NCBI GenBank assembly: GCA_021108375.1
Contig: JAIORA010000019.1
Coordinates: 5,660-69,659, forward strand
DNA: 64,000 nucleotides
Source: Anaerohalosphaeraceae bacterium
GTDB lineage: Bacteria; Planctomycetota; Phycisphaerae; Sedimentisphaerales; UBA12454
Reading direction: 5' to 3'
Shown piece by piece: positions 1 to 9,157 of this stretch. Positions within the stretch are counted from its first letter, which is position 1. Each line of letters starts with the position of its first letter. A program made the translations under genes and the position numbers. Below the pieces are notes generated by a model. The model made no database searches. It worked only from the letters and a program-made list of their open reading frames with translations, and was not told the origin of the DNA.

Positions 1-260
1 GTATTGAAGGTACGCAGCCTCATTATCAGATTGTGGTTGACAGAAGGGAACATGGGCTTGACTACGTTGAAGTGATGGTTGAGGTTGATGATAAGATTTT
101 TTCCGATGAGGTTAAAAAGCTGGAACAACTGCAGCAGAGAATAAAGAAGGAAATCGAATCCGTTCTGTCCATAGGGGTTAAGGTTCATCTGGTCGAGCCT
201 AAAACAATCGAGAGAAGTATGGGCAAGTCAAAGAGAGTAATCGATAAAAGATTTTTATAG
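1..260 (+). CDS. paaK: phenylacetate-CoA ligase family protein, C-terminal fragment (gene begins left of the window)
   Basis: The frame is open from nt 3 to the TAG at 258-260. The tail ([21 protein letters not shown]...[23 protein letters not shown]) parallels the C-terminus of the full-length paralogue at 705-2018 (NYQIYIEKDGVLDRLTVKVEL...VELHEPGILPVSEGKAVRVVDSR). Confidence 0.75.
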   Translation, partial: IEGTQPHYQIVVDRREHGLDYVEVMVEVDDKIFSDEVKKLEQLQQRIKKEIESVLSIGVKVHLVEPKTIERSMGKSKRVIDKRFL

Positions 261-269
261 GGGAACCAA

Positions 270-701
270 ATGAAAATCACGCAAATATCTGTTTTTCTGG
301 AAAACCGTAAGGGCAGGCTTTATGACCTTTGCAGGCTGCTTGGCGATAATGGTATCAATATCCGCGCACTCAATGTCGCAGAGACCGAGTCGTTCGGGGT
401 TTTGAGGATAGTGGTTGATAAATCCGAGTTGGCAATTAAAACGCTCAAGGATAATGGCTTTGTTGCCAATCTTACCGATGTTATTGCGGTTGAAATTGCT
501 GATGAGCCTGGCGGGTTGGCCAACGTATTGAAAGTTTTGTCCGAGGAAAATGTTAATGTTGAATATATGTACGGCTTCGTTGAAAAATCGTCAGACAAGG
601 CATTGATGGTTTTCAGATTTGAAGATTCGCAAAAGGGAACAGAGGTTCTGAAAAAGTGCGATATTAAAATTGCAACGGCAGAAGAAATCGAGGGACTCTA
701 A
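270..701 (+). CDS. ACT domain-containing protein (tandem ACT, amino-acid-binding type)
   Basis: 143 aa. The N-terminus ISVFLENRKGRLYDLCRLLGDNGINIRAL is a typical ACT beta-alpha-beta start, and a second ACT-like half follows (VIAVEIADEPGGLANVLKVLSEENVNVEYMY). It is paired with a PaaK gene. Confidence 0.8.
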   Translation: MKITQISVFLENRKGRLYDLCRLLGDNGINIRALNVAETESFGVLRIVVDKSELAIKTLKDNGFVANLTDVIAVEIADEPGGLANVLKVLSEENVNVEYMYGFVEKSSDKALMVFRFEDSQKGTEVLKKCDIKIATAEEIEGL

Positions 702-704
702 AAA

Positions 705-2018
705 GTGAGCGATGTTCGCTATTGGAACAAAGAGATTGAGACTGCCGGTCGAAGCGAAATAGAAACGGTTCAGCTCGACAGGCTGAGAGGGATAGTTACC
801 TCGGCTCTAAATGCCCCGTTCTATAAGAAGCAGCTCTGCAAGGTTGGTATCAATTCAGCAGAGGATATAAAATCGCTCGACGATTTGCGGCGGATTCCAT
901 TTGCGGAAAAGGACGACCTGCGGCAGAATTATCCGAAAGGTTTTTTGGCGGTCGAGCCAGGCGAAGTTGTGAGGATTCATACCTCCAGCGGAACTACGGG
1001 GATACCAACGGTTATCTACCTTACAGCAGCTGACCTCAATGCGGCTACCGATTTGCTGGCTCGCAGCATTGTTGCGACGGGGGCAGGGCGGGAAGATGTT
1101 TTTCAAAATATGATGAGCTATGGTCTTTTTACCGGCGGGCTTGGTTTGCATTACGGTGCGGAGCGGGTCGGGATGATGGTCATTCCGGCTGGCGGAGGTA
1201 ATACCAAAAGGCAGGTTCAGTTGATGAAGGATTTTCAGACGACGGTGCTTCATATAACGCCAAGCTACTTGCTGCACATCGATTCAAAGCTCGCTGATTA
1301 CGGCGTTACGCTTGAGCAGCTTAATCTTAAGAAGGCGTTTATCGGTGCCGAGCCTCATTCGGAAAATGCCCGGTGCAAAATAGAGGATACTTACAGGATT
1401 GACGCTTATAATTCGTATGGGCTTAGCGAGATGAATGGGCCGGGAGTTGCGTTTGAGTGTGTCTATAAGAATGACCTGCACGTTTGGGAAGATGCTTATA
1501 TAGTTGAAATCATCGACTCTGAGACGGGACAGATTCTGCCGGACGGGCAGGAGGGCGAAGTTGTTTTGACGAATCTTATTCGTCACGCGATGCCGTTGAT
1601 GCGGTATAGAACCAGAGACCTGGCGTTTATTCATACCGAACCCTGCAAGTGCGGCAGAAGCCATCGGCGGCTTTCGCGGATTCTTGGCAGGACGGATGAT
1701 ATGCTGATAATCAATGGGGTTAATGTTTTTCCATCGCAGATTGAAGAAGTGATAATGAGGATTCCGGAGGTCGGAACTAATTATCAGATTTATATCGAAA
1801 AAGATGGCGTGCTGGACAGGCTTACGGTTAAGGTTGAGCTTTATTCGAAAATGTTCCTCGGAGAAGCTAAGCAGATAGAAAAGCTCAAAGCGAAAATCAG
1901 GGAAGAACTGAGTGCGTCGATAACAATTAAGCCGGCGGTCGAGCTGCACGAGCCGGGCATACTCCCCGTTTCAGAGGGTAAGGCGGTGCGGGTTGTTGAT
2001 TCAAGAAAACAATTATAA
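705..2018 (+). CDS. paaK: phenylacetate-CoA ligase (PaaK family adenylate-forming enzyme)
   Basis: 437 aa with a GTG start. It carries the SSGTTG AMP-binding motif (IHTSSGTTGIPTV), the N-terminal YWNKEIET...QLDRLR and a typical PaaK C-terminal domain. Confidence 0.9.
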   Translation: MSDVRYWNKEIETAGRSEIETVQLDRLRGIVTSALNAPFYKKQLCKVGINSAEDIKSLDDLRRIPFAEKDDLRQNYPKGFLAVEPGEVVRIHTSSGTTGIPTVIYLTAADLNAATDLLARSIVATGAGREDVFQNMMSYGLFTGGLGLHYGAERVGMMVIPAGGGNTKRQVQLMKDFQTTVLHITPSYLLHIDSKLADYGVTLEQLNLKKAFIGAEPHSENARCKIEDTYRIDAYNSYGLSEMNGPGVAFECVYKNDLHVWEDAYIVEIIDSETGQILPDGQEGEVVLTNLIRHAMPLMRYRTRDLAFIHTEPCKCGRSHRRLSRILGRTDDMLIINGVNVFPSQIEEVIMRIPEVGTNYQIYIEKDGVLDRLTVKVELYSKMFLGEAKQIEKLKAKIREELSASITIKPAVELHEPGILPVSEGKAVRVVDSRKQL

Positions 2019-2029
2019 AGGAACGTCAA

Positions 2030-2464
2030 ATGGCTAAGCAACTTCACATATTTATTGATAATACTCCCGGCAGGCTGGAATCGGTAACGGGTAAACTCGG
2101 TGCTGCCGGCATAGACGTAAGGGCTTTTGCGATTCAGGATATGGCTGATTACGGGCTGATGAAGCTGATTGTAAGCAATCCGCAGCAGGCTTATCTTGCG
2201 CTTGCTGATATGGGCAGTGCCTGTGCGCTGAAAGATGTTTTGGCGATTTCTGTGCCTGATAAATGCGGAAATTTACACAAGCTGATGGCGGTTTTGGCCG
2301 AGAATAATATCAATATCATTGATGCTTATGGGTTTGTGCTGCAACCGAGCAATCAGGGAGTTTGTATTCTGGAAATCGAAAATATGGCAGAGACGAATGC
2401 GGAAAAAATCGTTGCCGATGCCGGCTTTGACATCCTTGACGACCAGCAGTTGCGTGATATTTAA
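2030..2464 (+). CDS. ACT domain-containing protein
   Basis: 144 aa. LHIFIDNTPGRLESVTGKLGAAGIDVRAF plus a second half (LAISVPDKCGNLHKLMAVLAENNINIIDAY). It is a paralogue of 270-701. Confidence 0.8.
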   Translation: MAKQLHIFIDNTPGRLESVTGKLGAAGIDVRAFAIQDMADYGLMKLIVSNPQQAYLALADMGSACALKDVLAISVPDKCGNLHKLMAVLAENNINIIDAYGFVLQPSNQGVCILEIENMAETNAEKIVADAGFDILDDQQLRDI

Positions 2465-2509
2465 GGGTAGCTCTAATAATTACCGCGGCCTTACGGTCTC
2501 GCAATGACA

Positions 2510-2542
2510 GCAACCCCCCCGGTTTTTCAGGGGGCTGGTTGC
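2510..2542. terminator. GC-rich hairpin between convergent genes (possible bidirectional terminator)
   Basis: gcaaccccccc-ggtttttca-gggggctggttgc forms an imperfect stem with a 2-nt bulge. It lies between the ACT gene stop (2464) and the secretin stop (2548). There is no clean U-tail. Confidence 0.3.
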
Positions 2543-2547
2543 CTTGC

Positions 2548-3807
2548 TTAATTTAGTTTCTTCTCTTTTTTGTCGTTGCCGAGTACGTCTTTTCGGGTCA
2601 TTTTCAGCATCGGTCGTTTCGTGATTTCGTTATATTTTTCCATCTGCCTCTCAGTCGGTGCTTCGTCTTTATATATATGCGGCGAAATTAAAACTACCAG
2701 TTCGGAATGGTTTTCAATCGAATCAGTAGTTTTGAAAGCAAAGCCTATACCAGGCAAATCGCCGAGTATTGGTATCTGTTTAGCTTGCTCTTTAAGTTCT
2801 TTTCTGCGAAGCCCGCCGATAGTTACCAGTTGGCCATCCTTAAGCATTAGAGCGGTCTGTACTATTCTGGCATCGACCTGCGGAACTCCACCAGTTGTGC
2901 CTGTGGTAACTTTTTGTTCGGACTCAATGTTCAGTAGTATTGAGCCATCATCTGTAAGTATTGCACCGACTTTCAGCTTTACACCAACATCCTTAAATTC
3001 TGTACTCGTAAGACTTCCGCCTTCACTTGTGTCGGACGTTTCTGTATAAGGTATTTCTTCGATAGCTTCAATGGATGCGGTCTGGCCGCTAACGACCATT
3101 ACGCGTGGGCTGGCAAGTATTTCGACATCCTGTTTTGTTTGCAGCATCTTGATGATATTTCTGATGTCTCCATTTAATATACTAAAAGCTCCGCCTGTAC
3201 CGCTCGTTGCAAGCGCGGTTAGATTTTCGATAGTACCTTCCTCTCCGGTTGTCGGATTGGTTAGGCCTATTCTGTCGGTATATCCGAAGTTTTGCCTGTA
3301 TGTATTAGTTCTTGAATTATTTGAGAGAAAGTCCCAGTTTACGCCTATTTCGGTATCGTCGTTGAGTTTCACGTCAATCAAAACAACTTCAATCATTATT
3401 TGCTCGGGCTTTTTGTCAGCATTTTTAATCTGTTCTATAATCTTGTCTACGTTTTCCTGTGAGTCGCAGATTATTAGCGAGTTGGTTTTTGCATCAGGCT
3501 CAATATTGCCGAACGTGCCGGACATATTTTCCATAGAGTTTTTAAGGCTCATCGCATCAAGGAACTTTAGCGTTATCGTCTCAACGACGAAGTCTGGTTT
3601 TGGCTCAGCTATCACTGCGGTTGGCTGGGGAGTTTGCGAGGCTCCGGCGAACTGCGCGAATGGATTGGACTGATTCAGCTTGCTAAGGTCTATGTCCTGA
3701 GAATCTTCAGCGTAAACGGTGAAGACAACGGATACAATCAATATCGCGGCAAGTGTGCCCTTTAAGGTAATAGAATTTATCAGTTTTTTAATTGTTGGCT
3801 TTAACAT
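2548..3807 (-). CDS. secretin (type II/III secretion system protein, GspD/PilQ family), short form
   Basis: 419 aa with an N-terminal signal-like segment and one N-domain. The secretin core reads ASPRVMVVSGQTASIEAIEEIPY...GGLRRKE...IPILGDLPGIGFAFK...ELVVLISPHI. Confidence 0.85.
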   Translation of the reverse strand: MLKPTIKKLINSITLKGTLAAILIVSVVFTVYAEDSQDIDLSKLNQSNPFAQFAGASQTPQPTAVIAEPKPDFVVETITLKFLDAMSLKNSMENMSGTFGNIEPDAKTNSLIICDSQENVDKIIEQIKNADKKPEQIMIEVVLIDVKLNDDTEIGVNWDFLSNNSRTNTYRQNFGYTDRIGLTNPTTGEEGTIENLTALATSGTGGAFSILNGDIRNIIKMLQTKQDVEILASPRVMVVSGQTASIEAIEEIPYTETSDTSEGGSLTSTEFKDVGVKLKVGAILTDDGSILLNIESEQKVTTGTTGGVPQVDARIVQTALMLKDGQLVTIGGLRRKELKEQAKQIPILGDLPGIGFAFKTTDSIENHSELVVLISPHIYKDEAPTERQMEKYNEITKRPMLKMTRKDVLGNDKKEKKLN

Positions 3808-4399
3808 CTTTGTTCAGCTCCTTAACTTGTATTGTGTGTATAACGATGGACAAATCGCAAGTGAGATTTCCGGTACGGGAATCAGTCAGGTGAAGATTGA
3901 GAGATTCTATCCAGACTTTTTCCTTTCTGTTTTGCAGAGCGGAAATAAGTTTGACGATATTAACGTATCCGCCTACAAAGCTCAGCTCTGTGCGGTATTG
4001 GTCGATATTTATTTCTTCTTCCTGCTGAGTTTGCAGGATTTTTTTGGCGGGCAAAAATCTGAGAGAATCCACACGGCAACCATTTTGCTGTGTTATAGTC
4101 TGGATGCTTTGGAGATATTGCCCGGCATCTTTTGCGCTGAAAAGGTCTTTTAGACTGCTGTTGAATTCCTGCTGCATATCGGCAAGCTGTTTTTCCTGAC
4201 GCAGAAGTTTTGAGCTCAGGATTTTATGGTTTGTTTTCAGCGATTTGGCGGCGATTTCATATTGTTCGGCAGCCATCAGGTATGCCGAATGCGGAGAGGT
4301 CAGCCATCCGTACAAACCGAACATTGCAATAAGCGTCAATGCTCCGGTGAGTACGTTTTTTGGTGTCCAGTTCACGTTTTTTATTTTATCCAGTAACAT
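3788..4399 (-). CDS. PilO/GspM-like assembly protein (bitopic, coiled coil)
   Basis: 203 aa with one N-terminal TM (VLTGALTLIAMFGLYGWL) and then a predicted coiled-coil region. It sits between the PilM/N-like gene and the secretin. The assignment rests on position and architecture only. Confidence 0.4.
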   Translation of the reverse strand: MLLDKIKNVNWTPKNVLTGALTLIAMFGLYGWLTSPHSAYLMAAEQYEIAAKSLKTNHKILSSKLLRQEKQLADMQQEFNSSLKDLFSAKDAGQYLQSIQTITQQNGCRVDSLRFLPAKKILQTQQEEEINIDQYRTELSFVGGYVNIVKLISALQNRKEKVWIESLNLHLTDSRTGNLTCDLSIVIHTIQVKELNKDVKANN

Positions 4400-4415
4400 A
4401 TTCCGTTCCTTGCAG

Positions 4416-5897
4416 TTATTTTGTAATCTCGCAGGTTATTGAGTAATCTACCAGCCCGCTATTATTAATGTCCATATTACTTCCAGTCAATAGTACCGAA
4501 TCAATGCTTTTGCATTCGTTGAGCAGTTTGGCAAAGGCGTTCACCGCTTTGTAAGAAACGGCAATTCCTTCGAGTTCCATAGAGTTCGAGTTTTCTACGG
4601 AGATATTCTGTATCTGCACATTCTTTGGGATATTACTTCCGAGTTCTGCCAGTACCTTGGCCCAGCTTACGAAAACTTCCGGTTTGCCGGAATGTTCCAT
4701 AGCATCCAGACTCAACTGTGTTTTTTCGATTTGTCCCTTAATTGTTTTTTGAGATTCCAGCAATGAACGCATATCATCTTCAATGCTTATCTGTTTTGTT
4801 TGGGCTACGGCTTCGTCAATTTCCAGCGATTTTGAAGTCAGCAATCCGAGCTTCAAAAATATAATCAGCAAAATGACAGCCGCGACGTTTGCGATTAAGA
4901 GTAATTCGCCTTTTGCTTTGTGATAAGCCAGAATTTCTTTGGGCAGAAGGTTCAGGCTGTGTCCGGCAGAATCCGGTTCGAGTATTTTCATCGCGAGACC
5001 TACTGCCACCGGAGATATATATCCGGTGTTATCTTTGATTTCAATTTCACCGCATAAATCCTGCTGCCCGGAAATGTGCAGAACGAGATTTTCAGACGAT
5101 AGCCCATCCTTAAGTTTGTCAGCGGTTTCATCGTCGATTTCATCGCCATTGGTGAACAGCGTTATCTGCCAGGATTGTTCGATGTTCTGAACTTCAAGGT
5201 CGTAATACTGCAAAACCGAATGAATTTCCTGTTCGAGATAGCTGTGCAGATTTTCGAGTTTTCTTGTTCTGAGGAATTCGATATTATTGTTTCTGAAAAC
5301 GCACAATGTTAATATGCTGTCGCGAATCATAACCAGCAGCAGGTTTTTATTTTTCGCAGGGGCAGCTATATTTTTATAGCAAGCTCTTAAATAGCCCAGT
5401 ATTGCCGGCTCAATTCGCCTGACATTCAAATGCTCTTTTTCAAATTTTCTTACCGAGAGTACCATTTCATCGATTTTTGCGGCGCACATCAGGATTTGTT
5501 TCAAGTTTGTAAATTGGTTTGAACCCGATGCGCAATAATCCATTTCTATATTTTTCAATGGAAGCACAGCGTATTGTTTTATTTCATCCTGAACGTATTT
5601 TCTGACGTTTACCGGCGCAGCCTTGGGCAGTTCGAGTATCTGTAGGAGCGAAGGCTCCGCACAGAGCGAAACCGAGCTTGCACGAGTCTTTATCTTGTTC
5701 GTTGATTTGGCAGTTTTTATTGTTTTTGCCAGCGCCAGATGGTCTTCAACTCTGCCATCTACAATGACTCCGGGAGCCAGAGCGATACTAACGGCCTTGA
5801 CGAGTTTTATGCCTGTCTTGCTCTTTTTCAGCAGGGCAAGATTGACCTTGTTTTCAGTAATATCAATGCCTAAGGCTATTTTGGCGTTTATATTCAT
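4416..5897 (-). CDS. PilM-like actin-fold ATPase domain fused to a PilN-like TM/periplasmic segment
   Basis: 493 aa. It starts IALGIDITENKVNLALLKK (PilM/FtsA-like), has an internal TM (LLLIANVAAVILLIIFLKLGLL) and a coiled-coil C-terminal part. Confidence 0.6.
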   Translation of the reverse strand: MNINAKIALGIDITENKVNLALLKKSKTGIKLVKAVSIALAPGVIVDGRVEDHLALAKTIKTAKSTNKIKTRASSVSLCAEPSLLQILELPKAAPVNVRKYVQDEIKQYAVLPLKNIEMDYCASGSNQFTNLKQILMCAAKIDEMVLSVRKFEKEHLNVRRIEPAILGYLRACYKNIAAPAKNKNLLLVMIRDSILTLCVFRNNNIEFLRTRKLENLHSYLEQEIHSVLQYYDLEVQNIEQSWQITLFTNGDEIDDETADKLKDGLSSENLVLHISGQQDLCGEIEIKDNTGYISPVAVGLAMKILEPDSAGHSLNLLPKEILAYHKAKGELLLIANVAAVILLIIFLKLGLLTSKSLEIDEAVAQTKQISIEDDMRSLLESQKTIKGQIEKTQLSLDAMEHSGKPEVFVSWAKVLAELGSNIPKNVQIQNISVENSNSMELEGIAVSYKAVNAFAKLLNECKSIDSVLLTGSNMDINNSGLVDYSITCEITK

Positions 5898-6310
5898 TCG
5901 TTAATCCTCAAACTATTAACTCTTATAACATATGGACTTGTGCTTCCTATTGTAATATCAGCGGCAATTTCAGTAACAAAGCTCTGCGGTGAGGTGCCGG
6001 TCGATGTTATTGTGTTTGTGTTGGAAGTCCACGCCCCGGCTGTTACTGTGTACGAGCCGCCTCCGAAAGATTTGTTTGTAAATCCGGAAGTCCAGGTGTT
6101 GTCGCCTCTTATTTGGGCAAATGCATCGGCAAGGCCGGCCTCGGCGATTGACGTTGCCTGAGTTGAGAACACCTGATTGCGCATAAGCCCTATTCGCTCG
6201 GAATCCATTTGGAGCAAGCCGGCTATGACAGCGGCCATCAATGCTATTACAAAGACGACAACAATCAGTATTGAGCCATTATTTTTTTGTTTTATGTTTT
6301 TATTCATCAC
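5894..6310 (-). CDS. minor pseudopilin-like protein (PilX_N / GspK-like N-terminus)
   Basis: 138 aa. GSILIVVVFVIALMAAVIAGLL...ATSIAEAGLADAFAQI resembles the PilX N-terminal domain. A 4-nt overlap with each neighbouring gene indicates translational coupling. Confidence 0.5.
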   Translation of the reverse strand: MMNKNIKQKNNGSILIVVVFVIALMAAVIAGLLQMDSERIGLMRNQVFSTQATSIAEAGLADAFAQIRGDNTWTSGFTNKSFGGGSYTVTAGAWTSNTNTITSTGTSPQSFVTEIAADITIGSTSPYVIRVNSLRINE

Positions 6311-8508
6311 GGTAATATCTCCCCGCAGCTGATTTCTGTGGTGCTGGCCGGAGTTATAGCTATAGTAATCATTCTGGCTTCGTTGGCTGAGCCGAGCGAG
6401 AAGTTTGCACCTCCGCTGGCCCCTGCGGTTGATTGTTTTACGTATCCTGCTCCGCCAGAGACGCCTCCGACAGAAACCGTTACGTCGTCTATCCAGAGAT
6501 ATTCGCCACCATCAATGCTTGAGCCCTCAAATTTAAGGCGGAAGTTGCTGCGCATATATTGCGAGTTTGTTACAGTGGCCTGATAATTGTGCCATCTCCT
6601 TTCCGGCCAAGTGTTGCCTAACTCGAATATGTTATCGTAACTGCTGCCATCGTAGAACTGCAGATAAACATTGTCACTGTTATCGACACGACTGTCCCTG
6701 TACCAGAAATCGATTGTGAATGAGCTGTAAGAGCTTGTATTGATATTATCAGATATCATATCGTTATCATTTCCGTCGCATCTTGCAGAACGAACTCCGG
6801 TGTGCTTCTGGTCGCTTCTCCAGTCCCAGTCTGTGGTCCACTCTGCAAAGCCGGATGTTTCAAAGTCGTCTTCAAATAATATGTAAGCACTTTTGTCCAT
6901 TGTGATATTTGTGTGGCCCGACAGGCCTGTAACATCTGTAGTAATATCGCTGTCATCGAATGCACCGAGGCGAAGAACTATGGAATTATTGACAGTCGTT
7001 GTTACCGTAGGGCTGGTTGGACTGCTGTCGGAATCATTGCCTGTTGTAAAGTCAGCAATTGGGTCAGTCGTATCATTGCCTGAGAATCTCATTACCCAGC
7101 CGTACGCCTGGCGATTTCCAGACCAACTGAAAGTTGGATTTGTCTCTGAGGTGCCCGCGATTTTGTACCACGCGCCCAGTGTTACATCATTGCTGTAATC
7201 ATCAATGTCAATTTGTGTCCAGCCCGAAGGTGATGTTAAAGCTAAAGAGCTTGAAGTGTCGCCGTCGGTTGCAACTGCTGCGATGAGCAAATCGTCTGCG
7301 CTGCAACCTGAGGGGATAGTAACCCTAAGAGATGTGCCTGATTCCTCTTTGTATTCGTTAAATTCCTCGTATCTGAGGGTATTGGCTAACTGTGCAATCT
7401 CGGCAGCACTAAGAGCAGTGTTGTAAAGCCGAACATCGTCCATTCTGCCGTCGAATGAGGCGATACGGCTGATGGTCAAAACTCCGGTTGTTGTTCCTAT
7501 GGCGGGAGCGTAAGTGCCCGAAACATCTTCCTGTCCATCAATATATATTTTTCGCGTAGTTCCATCTCTTACGGCAGCAATGTGATGCCATTTGCCTATC
7601 GAAAGTTCTGAGCCGGCACCGGAAACTAAATTACTGTTGTTGAGCTCAAATATCACCCTGCCCGTGCGATGAAGCCAGAGCGAATACGAAACGTTTCTTC
7701 CTCCCTTAGTGAAGATGTCGCAAGTGCGATTGAAGCTGTCTGCACGGAGCCAGAGTGCGATGGTGATGTCGCCTGTAATGTCAAGGCTTGAATCTCTTCC
7801 GCAATCGACGTAATCACGCCAGCCATCAAAATAAAGTGCTCCGTCGATTATTCCTGTAACCCAATCTGTGGCAGGGTTTATACCTACAAGTGTTCCGTTG
7901 TTTCCATTGCCTGATGAATCGGCAGCAGTTGACGAGCCGCTTCCGTCATCCATTTTCCAATGGCCTACCAAGTTGCATATGGCAGCAATGTTAGATTCGA
8001 CATAGACATCGGCAAGTACGGTTTTGTCTGAACCCAGAGCCGTTGAGTTTGTGAAGTTTGTTTCAAACTGTATAAAACGTATTTCGTTAACGTCCGTTGT
8101 GGCGGTCAAAGTCGGGTTGATGCTGTAGCAGGTTATCTGGAATTTGTCAACCGGGCCCGCGAGTTGAGCTTCGCTTCCAACTGGGCCGAACTCGACATAA
8201 TTTGCATTGACCTGATAACGGTAGGTTGTTGTGCCTGCATTGTTGGTGAATTCGATGTACCCGTTTGTTACTGAGCTGGCACTGACGAGGCGAATGTTTT
8301 TGGCGGCGCTGAGGTTTCGCTGGATATGTTCGACGAGTACTCTGCCGTTCTGCAGCATTTCAGCAGAAGCTTCGTTGCCAGCCCAACTGTTTCGCATAGC
8401 GGTTATCTGTGGAATCATCACAGCGAAAATAACGCTGATTATCGCCATCGCAATGATGATTTCGACAAGCGTAAAGCCTTTTTCAAATTGTAACGATTTA
8501 TTTCTCAT
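6307..8508 (-). CDS. giant pseudopilin: prepilin-type N-terminal methylation domain + LamG (concanavalin-A-like) domain + two further beta-sandwich-like modules
   Basis: 733 aa. The prepilin motif is KGFTLVEIIIAMAIISVIF. The LamG-like stretch is GNNGTLVG...GALYFDG..DYVDCG...ITIALWLRAD...WHHIAAVRDG..RKIYIDGQ...GRMDDVRLYNTALSAAEIAQL. The C-terminal module (FEDDFETSGFAEW...YLWIDDVTVS) looks like a CBM/MAM-type jelly roll. Confidence 0.8.
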   Translation of the reverse strand: MRNKSLQFEKGFTLVEIIIAMAIISVIFAVMIPQITAMRNSWAGNEASAEMLQNGRVLVEHIQRNLSAAKNIRLVSASSVTNGYIEFTNNAGTTTYRYQVNANYVEFGPVGSEAQLAGPVDKFQITCYSINPTLTATTDVNEIRFIQFETNFTNSTALGSDKTVLADVYVESNIAAICNLVGHWKMDDGSGSSTAADSSGNGNNGTLVGINPATDWVTGIIDGALYFDGWRDYVDCGRDSSLDITGDITIALWLRADSFNRTCDIFTKGGRNVSYSLWLHRTGRVIFELNNSNLVSGAGSELSIGKWHHIAAVRDGTTRKIYIDGQEDVSGTYAPAIGTTTGVLTISRIASFDGRMDDVRLYNTALSAAEIAQLANTLRYEEFNEYKEESGTSLRVTIPSGCSADDLLIAAVATDGDTSSSLALTSPSGWTQIDIDDYSNDVTLGAWYKIAGTSETNPTFSWSGNRQAYGWVMRFSGNDTTDPIADFTTGNDSDSSPTSPTVTTTVNNSIVLRLGAFDDSDITTDVTGLSGHTNITMDKSAYILFEDDFETSGFAEWTTDWDWRSDQKHTGVRSARCDGNDNDMISDNINTSSYSSFTIDFWYRDSRVDNSDNVYLQFYDGSSYDNIFELGNTWPERRWHNYQATVTNSQYMRSNFRLKFEGSSIDGGEYLWIDDVTVSVGGVSGGAGYVKQSTAGASGGANFSLGSANEARMITIAITPASTTEISCGEILP

Positions 8509-8721
8509 TTTATTACTCTAAAGGTACTTGTTGCGGACATAGTCCTTACTTAAAGAGTATCGGCAAAAAGGGCTAAGGCGGTAACTTCTTTGTCAGCAGG
8601 GGGGGGTATATGTTTAATGCCGCTCAATGCGATGTTTTTGTTGTTTTGCCAGCGATATTATAGGATCATACAGGGTTGCTCAGATTTTTTTTGCTCAGGC
8701 TGCGGAACGTCCGATAAATTA

Positions 8722-9129
8722 TTATTCCCATCTCTTTGCGACTTGTGTTTGGAGGGTAACTTCGATTTCGTCAGAGGCCAGCGTTGAATTCCCGTTTTTG
8801 TCGATTCCGACCGATACGGTAATTGCTTTGAGTATCGAATCTCTGTCATCGGTAGTATTGCAAAGGTATGAGCCTTTCAGCACTTCGCCGGTTTGGTTGA
8901 AGTTGTCGGTGAAATTGTATATTGACTGAGCTTTGACTTTGTTGAGTTTGGATTGCGCTAACATTAGGCTTTGTGTTCTGCGGTCAACGATATTGGCGTT
9001 CAAGTTTGCCTGCGTCAGAGCCTTCAGCATCGGGACGACTGCAATCAGCAGCAGCACGGAGGAAACAACCACCTCTGAAAGCGTAAATGCTTTTCTGTGT
9101 TTTCTTGGTTTTCTTAACTTTTTGTGCAT
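8722..9129 (-). CDS. prepilin-type N-terminal cleavage/methylation domain protein (minor pseudopilin, GspI-like size)
   Basis: 135 aa. KAFTLSEVVVSSVLLLIAVVPM, with the conserved Glu at +5. Confidence 0.7.
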   Translation of the reverse strand: MHKKLRKPRKHRKAFTLSEVVVSSVLLLIAVVPMLKALTQANLNANIVDRRTQSLMLAQSKLNKVKAQSIYNFTDNFNQTGEVLKGSYLCNTTDDRDSILKAITVSVGIDKNGNSTLASDEIEVTLQTQVAKRWE

Positions 9130-9157
9130 TTTACTATTCCTGTTGCCGATACTGCGT

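Noticed and set aside
1284-1949. Long antisense ORFs inside well-supported genes. Examples are 1284-1949(-), 3071-3673(+), 27305-27820(-), 28359-28949(-), 39237-39863(-), 42807-43367(-), 43607-44107(-), 44359-44934(-), 46060-46710(-), 48929-49456(-), 50401-51189(-), 58043-58558(+), 59878-60352(+) and 63351-63992(-).
   Set aside because: Each is the shadow frame of a gene with strong family motifs on the opposite strand. Their translations are low-complexity or Arg/Ser/Leu-biased with no recognisable motifs. 63351-63992(-) is the shadow of the partial bioB gene, which the track omits because it has no stop.
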